Shown: piece by piece, positions 63,271-64,000 of the stretch
How the letters are laid out: each line of letters starts with the position of its first letter
How positions within the stretch are numbered: the first letter of the stretch is position 1
Source: Haliotis cracherodii
Taxonomy: Eukaryota
Direction: 5' to 3'
DNA: 64,000 nt
NCBI RefSeq assembly: GCF_022045235.1
Contig: NW_027266270.1
Coordinates: forward strand, 35,092,001-35,156,000
The notes under the pieces: generated by a model
Told to the model about the DNA's origin: nothing
What the model saw: the letters and a program-made list of their open reading frames with translations, nothing else
Database searches by the model: none
Position numbers and translations under genes: made by a program

Positions 63271-64000
63271 TATGACATTTGTTACATCGATACATTACAT
63301 TGAGTATAAGATTAGTTTACGACCAGCTAAAGCCGAAATATACGAATAGTGTGGACTAAGACAATGGGAGTCACAATTCACGTAAGGTGAAATACGCTTT
63401 AAATAATGATGTATAGTTTATGTATATTTAAGTGGATTTATCATATTTTGAGTGGCGGGTGCTCCTGTAAGGGCAGGACATGCTTACAGTTTTCGCGAAC
63501 ACATGGTTTCAACATTTATTATAAATGATATAAGTTTCACAACTATTTTGCCTTTTAGGCCCGATTTTTTCTGGTGTTGACGTTGTATATTTACCTCACG
63601 TAATTATTGATTCAAAAACCTGTGGGGCGGATAAATGTGTATTCGCAGCAAAACGACAAGCCACCAGTGCCCTGTATTTGCTACAACCACTAAAGTAGTC
63701 TCCTTCCGCTTTAAATACACCTTTAATACTTCTATACGACACCGGGACTCATTGTCGGACTGATTAGCCAATCAACATCTTCCAACATGGCTATGCTGAT
63801 TTCCAAGAAATGTTGGTTATTCAAATATGCAACATGATGCTATGAAATTAAATATATATCTATGGAGGGTTATTTCATAAACTCTTTGTGAAAAAAACTA
63901 TGTTTTTTTGTAACCATTATTAAGAACTTGTCAAGAATGTAAGTAAATAATCTTGAACTATAAAAAAGAAATTGTTTGTCACGAGTCCTTTTCGGCGCGT

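Overview
Eukaryotic, AT-rich and repeat-dense genomic DNA with two N-gaps. It is probably molluscan (gastropod/abalone-like), which I infer only from the style of the SINE and LINE families. Three spliced host genes could be reconstructed by hand, all on the + strand. One is a type II membrane SGNH/PC-esterase-like gene, CDS join(13119..13776,15907..16457), with a candidate CCAAT/TATA/Inr promoter and non-coding first exon at about 7047-7189. The other two are paralogous LITAF-domain genes, CDS join(31850..31925,34219..34429,34829..34940) and join(58555..58612,59455..59695,60402..60513). The most unusual structure is in LITAF copy 1. The 3' end of its first coding exon, together with the splice donor, has been amplified into 11 tandem ~76-bp units. 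Each unit carries a 48-nt (one 45-nt) phase-1 segment, most of them bounded by AG|...|GT, and ten of the 11 encode a PPxY/LPxY motif; the units are separated by 28-nt spacers. The rest of the window is mobile DNA: a young 5'-truncated I/Nimb-clade LINE with an 11-bp TSD, an RLE-type (R4/Dong-like) retroelement end beside a (TAA)n tract, a decayed DIRS1-like element that retains its terminal complementary region, two Tc1 elements, a mariner, four SINE families, a ~4-kb foldback-like inverted structure, MITEs and minisatellites. No database searches were run; all family assignments come from motif recognition.
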